The position numbers and the translations under genes are program-made. A stretch of DNA of 36,134 nucleotides from a virus (lineage: Duplodnaviria; Caudoviricetes): positions 1 to 36,134 of IMG/VR virus record IMGVR_UViG_3300032257_000060; one strand, written 5' to 3'. The notes beneath the pieces were generated by a model, which did no database searches, was not told where the DNA came from, and saw nothing but the letters and a program-made list of their open reading frames with translations. Positions 9,439 to 19,939 of the stretch are shown piece by piece; position 1 is the first letter of the stretch; the number at the start of each line of letters is the position of its first letter.

Positions 9439-10536
9439 ATGGCAGATACAGCAGCAGCAACCGGCTTAACGGTTCAGCAGTGGGACGAGAAGTTTTTCGT
9501 AGACTCTCTAAACGCATCAATTTTCAAACCCTTCATGGGGTCTAAAACAAACTCAGTAATTAATGTTAAAGAAGATTTAACTAAAAAGCCTGGCGACTCA
9601 GTCACGTTTTCACTGGTTAATGCCCTTTCTAACAGCGCAGTTACTGGCAGCAACACGCTAGAAGGCAATGAAGAGGCTTTAATCTCTCGTAGCCAGAAAG
9701 TGACTATCGATCAATATCGTAACGCTGTACTCATTCCGGCACTTGAGGAGCAGTTTTCAGCGATCCCGCTTCGTAACGCAGGAAGTGACGCGTTAATGAA
9801 CTGGGAAATGGAATTAACACGCGACAAAGTTATTACAGCTTTAGGCTCTATTAACGGCGTTGCTTACGGTTCGGCTTCAGAAGCTCAAAAAGACGCTTGG
9901 TTAGTAGATAATGCGGACAGAGCGTTGTTTGGCGCAGTGCTTTCTAATGACAGCGGCCCTGGCGATCACTCGGCAGCTTTAGCTAACATTGATAACACAG
10001 CGGATAAGTTAACCCCTGGAGCTATCAGCTTAATGAAGCGCCTTGCTAAGACAGCATCGCCTAAGATTGGGCCGCTTAAGCCTCGTAAGGGTGGCGTAAC
10101 TAGTGATAGTTATGTAATGTTTGTTCCTTCTCTGCTTTTGAGAGACTTGACGAACAACAGTGACTTTTTGCAGGCCAATCGTGAAGCTCGCCAACGTGGA
10201 AAGATGAACCCTATCTTTGCAGGTGCTGACTACATTTATGATAATGTAGCTATCATTGAAGTTGAAGATATCGCCGTATTAACCGGCGTTGGTGCAGGCT
10301 CAATTGATGTTGCTCCAGCTTACCTATGTGGCGCAGGCGCAGTAGCAATGGCATGGGGTAAGCGTCCGCAAACAATCGCTGAAGAGCATGACTATAAAGA
10401 CAAGCAAGGTTTAGCAGTTCGTCAGTGGTACGAGATCGAAAAAATGACGTTCGGCACTGCTGCGGGTTCTGATACTGGTGATTTAAAAGATCACGGTGTT
10501 GTAACTGGTTTCTTCGCTGCTGTAGCAGACTCTTAA
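9439..10536 (+). CDS. Major capsid protein (N4-gp56/DUF4043 type)
   Basis: DLTKKPGDSVTFSL, LEGNEE, IDQYRNAV, NPIFAG, LCGAGAVAMAW, KDHGVV. Confidence 0.92.
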   Translation: MADTAAATGLTVQQWDEKFFVDSLNASIFKPFMGSKTNSVINVKEDLTKKPGDSVTFSLVNALSNSAVTGSNTLEGNEEALISRSQKVTIDQYRNAVLIPALEEQFSAIPLRNAGSDALMNWEMELTRDKVITALGSINGVAYGSASEAQKDAWLVDNADRALFGAVLSNDSGPGDHSAALANIDNTADKLTPGAISLMKRLAKTASPKIGPLKPRKGGVTSDSYVMFVPSLLLRDLTNNSDFLQANREARQRGKMNPIFAGADYIYDNVAIIEVEDIAVLTGVGAGSIDVAPAYLCGAGAVAMAWGKRPQTIAEEHDYKDKQGLAVRQWYEIEKMTFGTAAGSDTGDLKDHGVVTGFFAAVADS

Positions 10537-10574
10537 TCAATAGGGGGTTAATAGCCCCCGCATAGGAGAAGATT

Positions 10575-11048
10575 ATGACAACATTTACAGCAACGAGAGC
10601 AGGGGAATCATTGCCTGTTTTCAAAGCAAGTGGAGCAGGCATTTTATGTGCCGCTTATGGAACTGTAGAAATTGCCACTAATCCAGTGGCTGCAGATATT
10701 TACGAAATGTGTCGAGTGCCAGCAGGCGCGGTAGTTGTTGGCGGCATGATTTACGCCGATGATTTAGATACAGGCGTAGAGACGCTTGATATGGACATCG
10801 GCTGGGCTGCTAATGGCAGTGATGCTGCAGATCCAGATGGCTTTGGCAACTTAGGCGTTTGGACTGGTGATGTAACTACAGACGTTAAGCCTGTAGCTGG
10901 CAACATGTTCAACTTCCAAGGTGTTCTATTGGCAGACGGCCCTAAGGCCTTTGTTAATGAAACCGTCATTCAGCTTGTAGCCAATGTGACCGCCGCAACA
11001 GGTGGTACAGGCACTTTAAGCGCGGTTGTATACTACGTTAACCCTTAA
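10575..11048 (+). CDS. Putative capsid decoration/cement protein
   Basis: Beta-rich 157 aa directly after the major capsid gene; VPAGAVV...DDLDTG..TLDMDIG. Confidence 0.7.
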   Translation: MTTFTATRAGESLPVFKASGAGILCAAYGTVEIATNPVAADIYEMCRVPAGAVVVGGMIYADDLDTGVETLDMDIGWAANGSDAADPDGFGNLGVWTGDVTTDVKPVAGNMFNFQGVLLADGPKAFVNETVIQLVANVTAATGGTGTLSAVVYYVNP

Positions 11049-11054
11049 ACCCAT

Positions 11055-11080
11055 TGAGGGCTTCGGCCCTCATTTTTATT
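11055..11080 (+). terminator. Rho-independent terminator
   Basis: TGAGGGC-TTCG-GCCCTCA followed by TTTTTATT. Confidence 0.9.
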
Positions 11081-11103
11081 ATCTACTGCAAAGGTACTTA
11101 ATC

Positions 11104-11283
11104 ATGAAATTTAAACTTATTAAACTTGGATGCAAGGATGTCGGCGCTTATGGCGGGGCAAAATTATCTACTGGCGACACATTTGAACTGGATGGCCACT
11201 TGGCAGAAAAAGCCAGCAATAATCCGGATTTTGAATTGGTTAAAGCAGCTAAGAAAGCTCCAGCTAAGAAAGCTGCCGATTAA
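11104..11283 (+). CDS. Small hypothetical protein with a basic KKAPAKKA tail
   Basis: AAGGT SD before ATG 11104; the longer ORF-track start would run through the terminator. Confidence 0.7.
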   Translation: MKFKLIKLGCKDVGAYGGAKLSTGDTFELDGHLAEKASNNPDFELVKAAKKAPAKKAAD

Positions 11284-11308
11284 CATGTGATAGTCGGCTT
11301 TTATTTTT
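11275..11308 (+). terminator. Rho-independent terminator
   Basis: GCCGATTA...TAGTCGGC followed by TTTTATTTTT. Confidence 0.7.
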
Positions 11309-11338
11309 CCGAAGTTAAATCAAGAAAGGTAACAAAGA

Positions 11339-11689
11339 ATGGCAACAGCGGCGGAAATAAGAAACAAGGCAGCATCTAAACTTGGCGTAAAGGCTATTGG
11401 TCAAACTTTAGACAACCCAATATCAAGCGACTTAGATGAGGCTTATGCCGAGGTTTACACAAGGCTTAGAGCTGAAGACTTGGTTAATTGGCATATTACA
11501 TCAGAAGTGCCAGACGACATAGTTAGCCCTGTTGTTGATTTGGTTGCATTTGCTAGAGCTGTTGAGTATGGCGTTAGTGGCGATAGGTACAATCGAATTA
11601 TTCTAGCGGCTAGTCAGGCAGAAACAAGAATAAGGCGCTCACTTCAAGACGATTACTTTACCGATGAGTCAGAGGCTAAATACTACTAA
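11339..11689 (+). CDS. Head-to-tail adaptor (P22 gp4-like)
   Basis: MATAAEIRNKAASKLGV..IGQ pattern, size, and position before the gp10-like gene. Confidence 0.75.
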   Translation: MATAAEIRNKAASKLGVKAIGQTLDNPISSDLDEAYAEVYTRLRAEDLVNWHITSEVPDDIVSPVVDLVAFARAVEYGVSGDRYNRIILAASQAETRIRRSLQDDYFTDESEAKYY

Positions 11690-13089
11690 TGGCTATCGTT
11701 AGCCTTCCATTAATAGGCCCAACATATACAAACCGATCTCTACCCGTTGGCGCTCAGGTCACTCGTAACTTTTACGCAACGATTAACGATCAAGGCGGCG
11801 AACAACTATCCTTTCAACCGTTCCCGGGACTAAAGACATTTGCTACAGGCACAGGCTTTGCGCGTGGCGCTGGTCGGCTGAATAACGTCCTGTATGTTGT
11901 TATGGGCGACAACCTTAATAAAGTGTCATCGTCTGGGGTAGTAACAGAGATTGGCGCTATAGAGGGTTCTGGTCGATGTGTACTAGCAGAAGATCAAGCA
12001 GGCAATCTAATCATTGCAACTGGCGAAGGCAAGCCTTATCAGTACGACGGCTCAAGCTTGACGCAAGGCACTGATGTTGATTTGCCTGACGCCAACACAG
12101 TCACCTACATTAACCGAAGAGTTGCTTATGATGGCATTGGCGGTGACGTTGCTTTTTCAGACTTAAGTGACCCAGACAGCGTAAATAGTTTAAATGTGGC
12201 GATAGCAGAGGCTAAAGCAGATGATTCTATTGCGGTATATGCCTACAAGTCACAATTACAGGTGTTTGGCGAAAAGTCTATTCAGCCCATGTATAACAGT
12301 GGCGTTGGCAACCCACCTTATTCATTTATATTAAACGCCAATCAAGAGGTCGGACTTGCGGCGGTTCATTCGATAAACTCAAACAATAATTTTCTGTATT
12401 TCTTAGGCAGTGATTTGTCTATATATCAAATGGCGGGACTCAGTTTGAGAGCTATTGGCAATCCTGCGATTGGGCAAGCTATCGAAAACTACACTGATGT
12501 TTCTGATGCTTACGGCGTTTGTTTTACGCTAGATAACACTAATTTTTATATGCTCTCATTTCCAACAGGTAACGAGACATGGTTATTTAACGAAACCGCC
12601 GGAATATGGACTAATCTAGCTTATGGCATGGATGGATCGCAACACCTAATATCAAGCTATGAGCATATTTACAACAAGCACCTAGTTACGGACAGAAGAA
12701 ATGGCAATGTTTACGAACTAGACTTTGATACTTATACAGACAATGGCGACCCAATCCAGCACCAAAGAGATACTATATCTATTAATGGCGCTACTTTTGG
12801 CGCGCCTGGCGTTACTGTTTTTATGAACTATTTGCGCTTAGAAATTGAATCAGGCGCAAGCCTAGTAACCGATGAATCGCAAATCATCATGCAATACTCG
12901 GATGATAACGGTCGTTCGTGGAGCAGTGAACGATGGATGTCAATCGGTGAGCAAGGTGAGTTTGAGCATGAATTAGTTTGGTGGGGCATGGGTTCTTTTA
13001 AGAACAGAATGTTTCGATTCACTATGTCAGATAATATCAAATGGGTGTTGATTAAACTTTCAGCAGATGTGGAGCTTGGCAGTGGCTAA
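11689..13089 (+). CDS. Tail hub / DNA stabilisation protein (P22 gp10-like)
   Basis: PFPGL, AEAKADD, VFGEKSI, MQYSDDNGRSWS.ERW.SIGEQGEF...WWGMG; 466 aa. Confidence 0.88.
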   Translation: MAIVSLPLIGPTYTNRSLPVGAQVTRNFYATINDQGGEQLSFQPFPGLKTFATGTGFARGAGRLNNVLYVVMGDNLNKVSSSGVVTEIGAIEGSGRCVLAEDQAGNLIIATGEGKPYQYDGSSLTQGTDVDLPDANTVTYINRRVAYDGIGGDVAFSDLSDPDSVNSLNVAIAEAKADDSIAVYAYKSQLQVFGEKSIQPMYNSGVGNPPYSFILNANQEVGLAAVHSINSNNNFLYFLGSDLSIYQMAGLSLRAIGNPAIGQAIENYTDVSDAYGVCFTLDNTNFYMLSFPTGNETWLFNETAGIWTNLAYGMDGSQHLISSYEHIYNKHLVTDRRNGNVYELDFDTYTDNGDPIQHQRDTISINGATFGAPGVTVFMNYLRLEIESGASLVTDESQIIMQYSDDNGRSWSSERWMSIGEQGEFEHELVWWGMGSFKNRMFRFTMSDNIKWVLIKLSADVELGSG

Positions 13090-13549
13090 CGTCGATCCTT
13101 TTGTCATTCAGTGGCCTAGAGCGTGGACAGACGATCCAGAAATAGGGCCAGTCGTCCACTACTTAAACCGCTTTTTACATGACTTGTTTATCAGGTCTGG
13201 TGGTGGCGACGATCTGATTGAAGAAGCTGAAAAGCTATTGGTCGGCGTTGATTCAAGAGTGTCTAAAAACACAGCAATTATTGACTATCTCTCGAACAGA
13301 GAAAAGATTGTAGTCACGACCGCCGGATTAACGGCGTACAGGTTTGATACGATTATTTGCAACAACACTTCGAGCATTAATATAACTTTAGATCCTAACG
13401 CTAAAAAAGGCGATGTGATTAACGTGAAACGACAAAACGCTGAGGTTATTGTATTAGGTGACATTGATGGCGATACAGATATGGTGATAAATGTGCAGTA
13501 TTATTCAGCTAAACTTGTGTTTAATGGCACAGATTGGTCAAGGGTGTAA
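13082..13549 (+). CDS. Putative tail needle/fibre-associated protein
   Basis: GTG start after a GGAG SD; YLNRFLHDLFIRSGG N-terminus; C-terminal ITLDP..KGD...FNGTDW. Confidence 0.65.
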   Translation: MANVDPFVIQWPRAWTDDPEIGPVVHYLNRFLHDLFIRSGGGDDLIEEAEKLLVGVDSRVSKNTAIIDYLSNREKIVVTTAGLTAYRFDTIICNNTSSINITLDPNAKKGDVINVKRQNAEVIVLGDIDGDTDMVINVQYYSAKLVFNGTDWSRV

Positions 13550-13551
13550 CT

Positions 13552-14031
13552 ATGATTACTCAAGAAGAATTAAAAGAACTATTCAACTACAAGGATGGGT
13601 GTTTTTATTGGAAGAATACTGGAAAAGGAAGAAAGAAATCAAAGTCAGCAGGGTATAATAGCGTTCGCGGGTATAATAGATTAGGCATTCACGGCATAAG
13701 TTATATGACACACAGGTTAATATTTTTGTACCATCACGGATATCTACCTAAATACATCGATCATATAGACAACAACCCATCTAACAACAGGATAGAAAAC
13801 TTGCGTGAGTGCACCGTCAGCCAAAATGGATGCAACTCTAGAAACGCAAGCAATAATACGTCAGGCGTTAAAGGTGTTTACTGGCACAAAATACATAAAA
13901 AATGGCTTGCTAGGATTCAAGTAAACGGGAAAAGAATGATTGTAGGTTATTTTAATGCTATTGAGGATGCAAAAGCATCCATTGATGCAGCAAGAATAAA
14001 ACACCACAAAGAGTTCGCGAGGCACGTATGA
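13552..14031 (+). CDS. HNH homing endonuclease with an AP2-like DNA-binding domain
   Basis: HRLIF...IDHIDNNPSNNRIENLRE; NTSGVKGVYWHK...WLARIQVNGKR...EFAR. Confidence 0.92.
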   Translation: MITQEELKELFNYKDGCFYWKNTGKGRKKSKSAGYNSVRGYNRLGIHGISYMTHRLIFLYHHGYLPKYIDHIDNNPSNNRIENLRECTVSQNGCNSRNASNNTSGVKGVYWHKIHKKWLARIQVNGKRMIVGYFNAIEDAKASIDAARIKHHKEFARHV

Positions 14032-15215
14032 GTTTTGATGCGATACCCAATCCATTGCCAACAAAAGGCTCACCAGTTGACCTTTATTTGGACGCTTGGA
14101 AAATTCCAAAGGTTTCGTTTCCTGTCAGCTTGTTTTCTAGCGCATTTACTTTCAATGTAGATCCTGCTGCTTGGTTTATGTTTGAAAATGGGTCGCAGGT
14201 TTACACATCAACTGATATAACAAGCACTAACAGCGCAGGGAAATTACTAACAACGGTCACAAATACAAACTTGTTACTAGAGTCCAGAGAATGCCCAAGA
14301 TACCAACCAAACAGAGGTCACTTATACTCAACCGCTTTATGGTGTCCAAATAAGACAAGAGACGGGGTTAGACAGTGGGGCGTAGGCGTTATAGCTGAGA
14401 ATGGTGTTGGCTTTAGGCTGAAGTCTGACGGACTACTGTATGCCGTATTGATGTCTGGCGGTGTTGAAACAAAAGAGGAGTTAATTGATACATCATCGGT
14501 GACTGGGTTCGATGTAGAAAAAGGAAATGTATATGACGTTCAGTACCAGTGGCGAGGCGTTGGTAATTATGAGTTCTATATTAACTTAACCTTAGTTCAC
14601 ACTTTCTCTAATTTAGGTCAATTAACAGCGCTAAGCATGGAAAACCCAGCCTTGCCAGCTCATTTCTCTGCTATTAGAACGACAGAGGACGTTGAGATAA
14701 ATATAGGATGTGTCGATATTTCATCTGAGAACGGCAAAAACAACTTTAGAGAGGCGTATACATCGGCTTATGCCGCCGCCGTAGCCGTCAGCACAGACAC
14801 GCCAGTTATTGTGATCCACAACCCTTTGCAAATTAGCGGACAAACAAACACAAGAACAATGACTCTAGCTAGGATTAGTGCAACCTGTAGTAAAAAGGCT
14901 GTATTTAAAGTATGGATGACACGAGACCCAGCACAAATAACGGGTGAGACATTAAAAGTTGTTGGCAATGGGTCTTATGCTCAGACAGACTCTACCGATA
15001 TGGATGCGACAGCAGTAAGAGCAACATCTGTGACACTAGCTGGCTTGTCTTTTGTTACAAGCATCCCTGTTGAGGCGGCCACAACAAGAGAAGTTGACAA
15101 CCCGTATAGAGATAGAATTGAATTCCCTATTGTTAGGGGCGACTATTTAGTGGTTACGTGTACCGCGGCCTCAGCAAGCGCAGAGGTAACAGTTGAGTGG
15201 GGTGAGCAGAGATGA
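14028..15215 (+). CDS. Putative virion structural protein
   Basis: 395 aa beta-rich, RYQPNRG and YQWRGVG motifs, ends VEWGEQR; within the tail module. Confidence 0.7.
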   Translation: MSFDAIPNPLPTKGSPVDLYLDAWKIPKVSFPVSLFSSAFTFNVDPAAWFMFENGSQVYTSTDITSTNSAGKLLTTVTNTNLLLESRECPRYQPNRGHLYSTALWCPNKTRDGVRQWGVGVIAENGVGFRLKSDGLLYAVLMSGGVETKEELIDTSSVTGFDVEKGNVYDVQYQWRGVGNYEFYINLTLVHTFSNLGQLTALSMENPALPAHFSAIRTTEDVEINIGCVDISSENGKNNFREAYTSAYAAAVAVSTDTPVIVIHNPLQISGQTNTRTMTLARISATCSKKAVFKVWMTRDPAQITGETLKVVGNGSYAQTDSTDMDATAVRATSVTLAGLSFVTSIPVEAATTREVDNPYRDRIEFPIVRGDYLVVTCTAASASAEVTVEWGEQR

Positions 15216-15409
15216 TTTTAACAAGAGTAACCAGCCATCACGATTCAGCGCCTATCTATATTAATTTAGATCAAATTGTTAGTGTCCACCTTCACTCTGG
15301 CGTTGATTATCATGTTGAGATGTCTGACGGGTCTAGTATGCACATCGAGCTTACCGACTCAGTGATTGATGGATTGATAAACGATGCTGATACGGCTTAC
15401 ACGCCATAA
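15212..15409 (+). CDS. Small hypothetical protein
   Basis: IYINLDQIVSV...VEMSDGS small beta fold; ATGA-coupled. Confidence 0.65.
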   Translation: MILTRVTSHHDSAPIYINLDQIVSVHLHSGVDYHVEMSDGSSMHIELTDSVIDGLINDADTAYTP

Positions 15410-15438
15410 TGGACAATAAAGGATAAGGGTTTATTTTA

Positions 15439-15780
15439 ATGACCATAACAACATCAACACCAATAGTAAGTGGGTTTGACTTAACGACGTCATTTCAAGC
15501 TATTTACACAGTGCAATCGCCTTACTTAAGGGTCAGCATCACCTCGGCTGTATTTAACAACTACAGCGCGTCTAATGCTGATTTAACGGTACGCATTACC
15601 CAAGGTGGCACAAGTGACTCACTTGATGAGATAGTCACAGAGTATGAAATAAGAGCAAAAGACAATTATTTGATCCCTGCTTTAATAGGTCAGGCAATTT
15701 CTCAGGGCGGTACAATAGAGGCAAAGGCCAGTGCAAATTCCAGTATTAACGCAAATATAACAGCGACATTAATATCATGA
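15439..15780 (+). CDS. Putative virion structural protein
   Basis: Beta-rich, IYTV...FNNYS...LIGQAISQGGTI. Confidence 0.7.
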   Translation: MTITTSTPIVSGFDLTTSFQAIYTVQSPYLRVSITSAVFNNYSASNADLTVRITQGGTSDSLDEIVTEYEIRAKDNYLIPALIGQAISQGGTIEAKASANSSINANITATLIS

Positions 15781-15799
15781 ATACAAAAACACCAAAATT

Positions 15800-15808
15800 T
15801 GGTATAAT
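15800..15808 (+). promoter_or_regulatory. Extended -10 promoter
   Basis: TGGTATAAT ending 6 nt before the GNAT ATG. Confidence 0.55.
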
Positions 15809-15814
15809 TGACCA

Positions 15815-16249
15815 ATGATTAGACTAGCAACCATTGAAGACATGCCAGAAATACTAAGAATGGGTGAAAACTTCTTTAATGCCTCTGGTTATGGTGAGCT
15901 TACCACCTTTAATAAAGACGACACCAGAAATTTAGTTGAGAGGCTTATAGAAACAGGCACTCTTCTAACAGATGGCAAATCAACCATACTTGGATTTATT
16001 GTGTTTCCAATATTCATGAACGTTTCATACCTTATGGCTCAAGAGTTGTTTTGGTGGGTCGATGAGGACGCCAGAAATACAGGTGTCGGCATTAAGATAC
16101 TAAGAGCAGCAGAGGCTCTAGCTAAAGAAAAAGGCGCAAACTTAATGATCATGCTGTCACTAAACGACTTAAATGGTGAAAAAGTGAATAAATTATATGA
16201 AAAATTAGGGTACAAGCCGAAAGAGCAAAATTATATGAGGTTATTGTAA
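15815..16249 (+). CDS. GNAT-family acetyltransferase
   Basis: MIRLATIEDMP, ELFWWVDEDARNTGVGIKIL (motif A), LYEKLGY. Confidence 0.9.
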   Translation: MIRLATIEDMPEILRMGENFFNASGYGELTTFNKDDTRNLVERLIETGTLLTDGKSTILGFIVFPIFMNVSYLMAQELFWWVDEDARNTGVGIKILRAAEALAKEKGANLMIMLSLNDLNGEKVNKLYEKLGYKPKEQNYMRLL

Positions 16250-16944
16250 TGGCTATTGGTACAGCGACGGCATTAATAGGGTCTGCTATTATAGGCGGCG
16301 CACTTCAGCACTCAGGTAGCAGAAGGGCGGCAAGAGCGCAAGAGCGAGGCAATCAAGCGGCAATTGATGAGCAGAGAGCAGCAAGAGAGCAGTTTTTTGC
16401 AAGGACTCAACCATTTGTTGATATTGGTTTAAGCGCTGGCGAACAGCTCCAAGCTTTACTCAATAATCCGCAAGCTGGACTTGATGAAATCAACCCTGTT
16501 GTCGATATTTTGAGAAATCAAGGTTTTGAGCAAATCCAAGAGTCGGCAGCGGCAGGCGGTCGATTAGGTGCTGGTGGCACTTTGAAGGATTTAACTCAAT
16601 TTAATACCGATTTAACGACAACCGTTATCCCTCAATTACAGAATCAGCGGTTCAATCAACTGTTTAATGTGTTGGGACTTGGTCAAAACGCAGCGACCGG
16701 ACAAGGTACAGCAGCGCTACAGACTGGAGCTAACATATCAGGCTTTCAACAAGGTATCGGCAACGCAAGAGCTGGAGGCATTGTTGGCAGCACTAACGCG
16801 CTAACTGGCATGCTTAGCAATATTGGATCGGCCTTTGGGGCACAACCGTCAGGAGGCGCAGATATGTTTTCAGATCAAAACCTATACGGCGAAAGCGGCG
16901 CGCCTTCATTCACAATGCCAACGTTCGCCCCGCCTCAATTTTAA
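16249..16944 (+). CDS. DNA ejection protein (P22 gp7-like)
   Basis: G/A/Q-rich; AAAGGRLGAGGTLKDL, GLGQNAA; follows the GNAT gene. Confidence 0.8.
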   Translation: MAIGTATALIGSAIIGGALQHSGSRRAARAQERGNQAAIDEQRAAREQFFARTQPFVDIGLSAGEQLQALLNNPQAGLDEINPVVDILRNQGFEQIQESAAAGGRLGAGGTLKDLTQFNTDLTTTVIPQLQNQRFNQLFNVLGLGQNAATGQGTAALQTGANISGFQQGIGNARAGGIVGSTNALTGMLSNIGSAFGAQPSGGADMFSDQNLYGESGAPSFTMPTFAPPQF

Positions 16945-16955
16945 GGAATATTCTA

Positions 16956-18143
16956 ATGGCTCAATTTGCACCATTTAACCCTGTACAAGACTACCAGAGA
17001 GCTAGATCTAATGCTTTGTCAATGCAAAGGCAAGAGCAGGCTATACAGAGAGAGCGAGAGGCTGCGCCAATAAGAAGCCAGATGGACAAACTTGGCTTAG
17101 AGCAAGCTCAAAAAGGCGTGGCTAGAAGTGAAACAGAGTATAAGCAAGAAGACGCCATACAAAAAGCAACTATTCTGCACAATACCGCGAAAGCTATTCG
17201 AGGATTAGACCCCTCTCAATATACACAAGCGGTCGCCTCTATGATCCCTCAGTTAAAGACTTTTGGTATCGACACTAGCCAGTTTGAAGGTATTGAAATA
17301 ACGCCAGAAGGTTTAGATCAAGTTATCGCAGAAACTCAAGGATTCATTAAAGACCCTAATAAACTTGCTCAACTATCTTCAGGGCAACGAGAAAGAAGAG
17401 ACTTAATGACCGACTTGGAAGGCGCTATTGATCAGAATACAGGGAAATTAATTCCTGTCAATAAAATGACGGCGAGACAAAGAGCTGCAGCAGTTAAGCT
17501 TAGACTGGTCGCTCCGCCAGTTGGTTCGGCAATCCAGACAATTGCAGACAAGGGTACTGGGCAAGAAGTCGCTGACGTAGAGAAAACCATTGCAACAGGA
17601 AAAGAAGAAGGCAAGCTTGACGCTCAAGGCAGATTAGCCCCAGACATCGAAAAGCAAAAGGTTCTGGCAAAAGACGCTGGAGCATTATCAACTGAAATAT
17701 TTAAACGCATTGGCGCTGTTGAGCTAAATGTTGGAAAGCTAAAAGAAGGCATAAGATTAATCGACGAAGGCGCCAATGTTGGCCCTATCGATAAGTGGTT
17801 TCCTAGCTTTAAGCCAGCATCCATTAAGTTAGACAATCTTAAAAACAGATTAGGGCTTGATGTTATTTCGTCAATAACCTTTGGCGCATTATCAGAGAAA
17901 GAGCTGCAAGTTGCATTTGATACAGCCATGCCGTCTAATCTCGATAGTGATGAGTTGAAGATATGGTTTCAAGAGCGAATAGACGCGCAAACAAAACTGC
18001 TAGCGGCACTTGAGGATTCTGGGATATTCCTAGCTGAAGATGGCGCGACAATACCTAAGCTAATGGCGAGGCGCAGACAGCAAAGAGGTCAAATCCAACA
18101 GCCTAGCGTTAAAGACCTATCAGACGACGAGCTATTTAACTAA
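16956..18143 (+). CDS. DNA ejection protein (gp20-like position)
   Basis: Helical 395 aa with LGLDVISSITFGALSEKEL; synteny. Confidence 0.7.
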   Translation: MAQFAPFNPVQDYQRARSNALSMQRQEQAIQREREAAPIRSQMDKLGLEQAQKGVARSETEYKQEDAIQKATILHNTAKAIRGLDPSQYTQAVASMIPQLKTFGIDTSQFEGIEITPEGLDQVIAETQGFIKDPNKLAQLSSGQRERRDLMTDLEGAIDQNTGKLIPVNKMTARQRAAAVKLRLVAPPVGSAIQTIADKGTGQEVADVEKTIATGKEEGKLDAQGRLAPDIEKQKVLAKDAGALSTEIFKRIGAVELNVGKLKEGIRLIDEGANVGPIDKWFPSFKPASIKLDNLKNRLGLDVISSITFGALSEKELQVAFDTAMPSNLDSDELKIWFQERIDAQTKLLAALEDSGIFLAEDGATIPKLMARRRQQRGQIQQPSVKDLSDDELFN

Positions 18144-19939
18144 TGGACACTAAAGAAAAATGGCAAGAGATAGCTAATCGAGGCTTGCAAGACAGGTTCG
18201 ATCCGGAAACTCGCGCCAAGTTTGACGAGGCCGTTAGACGTGGATTAATTACCATGCCCGAGCAACAACAAGCTCCGCAGTTTCAGTCTGAGTCAGAAAT
18301 TCCAATTGCAGAAGAAATCAGACTTCCTTTTAAGCCTAAGCCTGCTCAAGAGCCTACTTTGGCCGAAGAGTTAATTGGCGGATTAGAAGGCGCTGCAACA
18401 ATGACGTCTGGCGCAATAGCCGCGCCAATCGCAGGAATTGTCGGTTTAGCCGAGGCTGCTTACCCTTTTTCTGAGCCTGGCGCAGGAGGAAGGCGCGCAC
18501 AACAAATTCAAGAAGCCCTGACCATTAAACCAACCAAAGGCGCTGAAATGGCGATGCAGCCGCTTCAAGCTGTTGGAGAAAAAATTGAGTCGGCTCGGCG
18601 GTATTTTGGCGAAGACACATTGCAAGCAACTGGAAGTCCTCTCTTGGCAACAATGGCAAGTATTTTGCCGGATGCTACCATGTCTTTATTTGGTGTTAGA
18701 CTAGGAAAGCCAAGCACGCAACAACCATCTATACCAAAAGGCACATCTAAACTGCAAAGCGCCACCAAACAGAAAATAGGCGAATTGATACAAGAAGGGT
18801 CGAAAGACGTCAGTACGGCTAAATTCAAAGTTGCGCCTAACACCGTATTAAGTAAAATAACAGACGGAGCGCCTAGAGTTGTTGGTGATGCAACCGCGAA
18901 AACCACAATTAAGCAAGGTTTCGATCCTGCTATTGTTGCTATGGTTAAAGGCTCGAACAACATAGACAAGGCAGGCTTCTCTAAAATGGTCGAAATAACC
19001 AAGAAGTCACTTAAAAACGCTGAGTTTGGCGCTAAAAACCGCGCTAGTGACGTTTTAGGCGATTCCTTTCTAAAAAGGATTAATCAGGTCAGTAAAGCCA
19101 ATAGGAAAGCAGGCGGCAGGCTTGACAGGGTAGCTAAGTCGCTAAAAGGAAGTAATGTTGACAGTTCGCCAGCCGTTACTCAGTTCTTAAAAGACCTAAA
19201 AAACAAAGGCGTAACAGTTACAGAGGATTTAAAGCTTGGATTCAAAGGGTCTGATTTTGAGGGTGCAAGCGCTGAAGCCAGAAGCGCTCAAAGCATACTA
19301 AGGACAACATTCAACAGAATGTCAAACACTAGAACGCCTGATGCCTTTGATTTGCATAGAATGAAGAAGTTTCTAGATTCTCAGGTGTCATTCGGAAAAT
19401 CCAAAAGCGGAATGCCTGGCGTTGCCGAAGGAACATTGAAATCATTAAGACGTAATATCGACGAAATACTAGATAATAATTTTCCTGAATACGACAAGGT
19501 TAATACTGTATTTGCTGAGACAAGAACCGCTTTAGATAATCTACAAGACGCGGCGGGCAAGAAACTGTCATTTACAGGCGGCAACGCAAACAAGGCGCTA
19601 GGCACAAAATTAAGATCGCTGCTAAGCAACAATCAGTCACGAGTTAAGTTAATGGACTCAGTTAATGAGATGGAAAACCTATCAATAAAGCATGGCGGCA
19701 ACTTTAAAGACAACTTGTTAGCTCAAGCCCTCTTTGTTGACGAATTAGAAAATGTCTTTAAAACATCAGCTAGAACTGGATTTAAAGGTCAAATTGCAGA
19801 GGCTGCGGTTGACGTTGCCACAGGATCGCCTCTTAGAGCTACGCTAGGCGCAGGAAAGGCGGCTGTGAGCAAGATAACAGGTAAGTCGCCAGATAAAGCG
19901 CTTGAAGCTATTAAGCAACTAATAAAGGAAATCAAATAA
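18143..19939 (+). CDS. DNA ejection protein (gp16-like position)
   Basis: Helical 598 aa; synteny before the tailspike. Confidence 0.7.
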   Translation: MDTKEKWQEIANRGLQDRFDPETRAKFDEAVRRGLITMPEQQQAPQFQSESEIPIAEEIRLPFKPKPAQEPTLAEELIGGLEGAATMTSGAIAAPIAGIVGLAEAAYPFSEPGAGGRRAQQIQEALTIKPTKGAEMAMQPLQAVGEKIESARRYFGEDTLQATGSPLLATMASILPDATMSLFGVRLGKPSTQQPSIPKGTSKLQSATKQKIGELIQEGSKDVSTAKFKVAPNTVLSKITDGAPRVVGDATAKTTIKQGFDPAIVAMVKGSNNIDKAGFSKMVEITKKSLKNAEFGAKNRASDVLGDSFLKRINQVSKANRKAGGRLDRVAKSLKGSNVDSSPAVTQFLKDLKNKGVTVTEDLKLGFKGSDFEGASAEARSAQSILRTTFNRMSNTRTPDAFDLHRMKKFLDSQVSFGKSKSGMPGVAEGTLKSLRRNIDEILDNNFPEYDKVNTVFAETRTALDNLQDAAGKKLSFTGGNANKALGTKLRSLLSNNQSRVKLMDSVNEMENLSIKHGGNFKDNLLAQALFVDELENVFKTSARTGFKGQIAEAAVDVATGSPLRATLGAGKAAVSKITGKSPDKALEAIKQLIKEIK

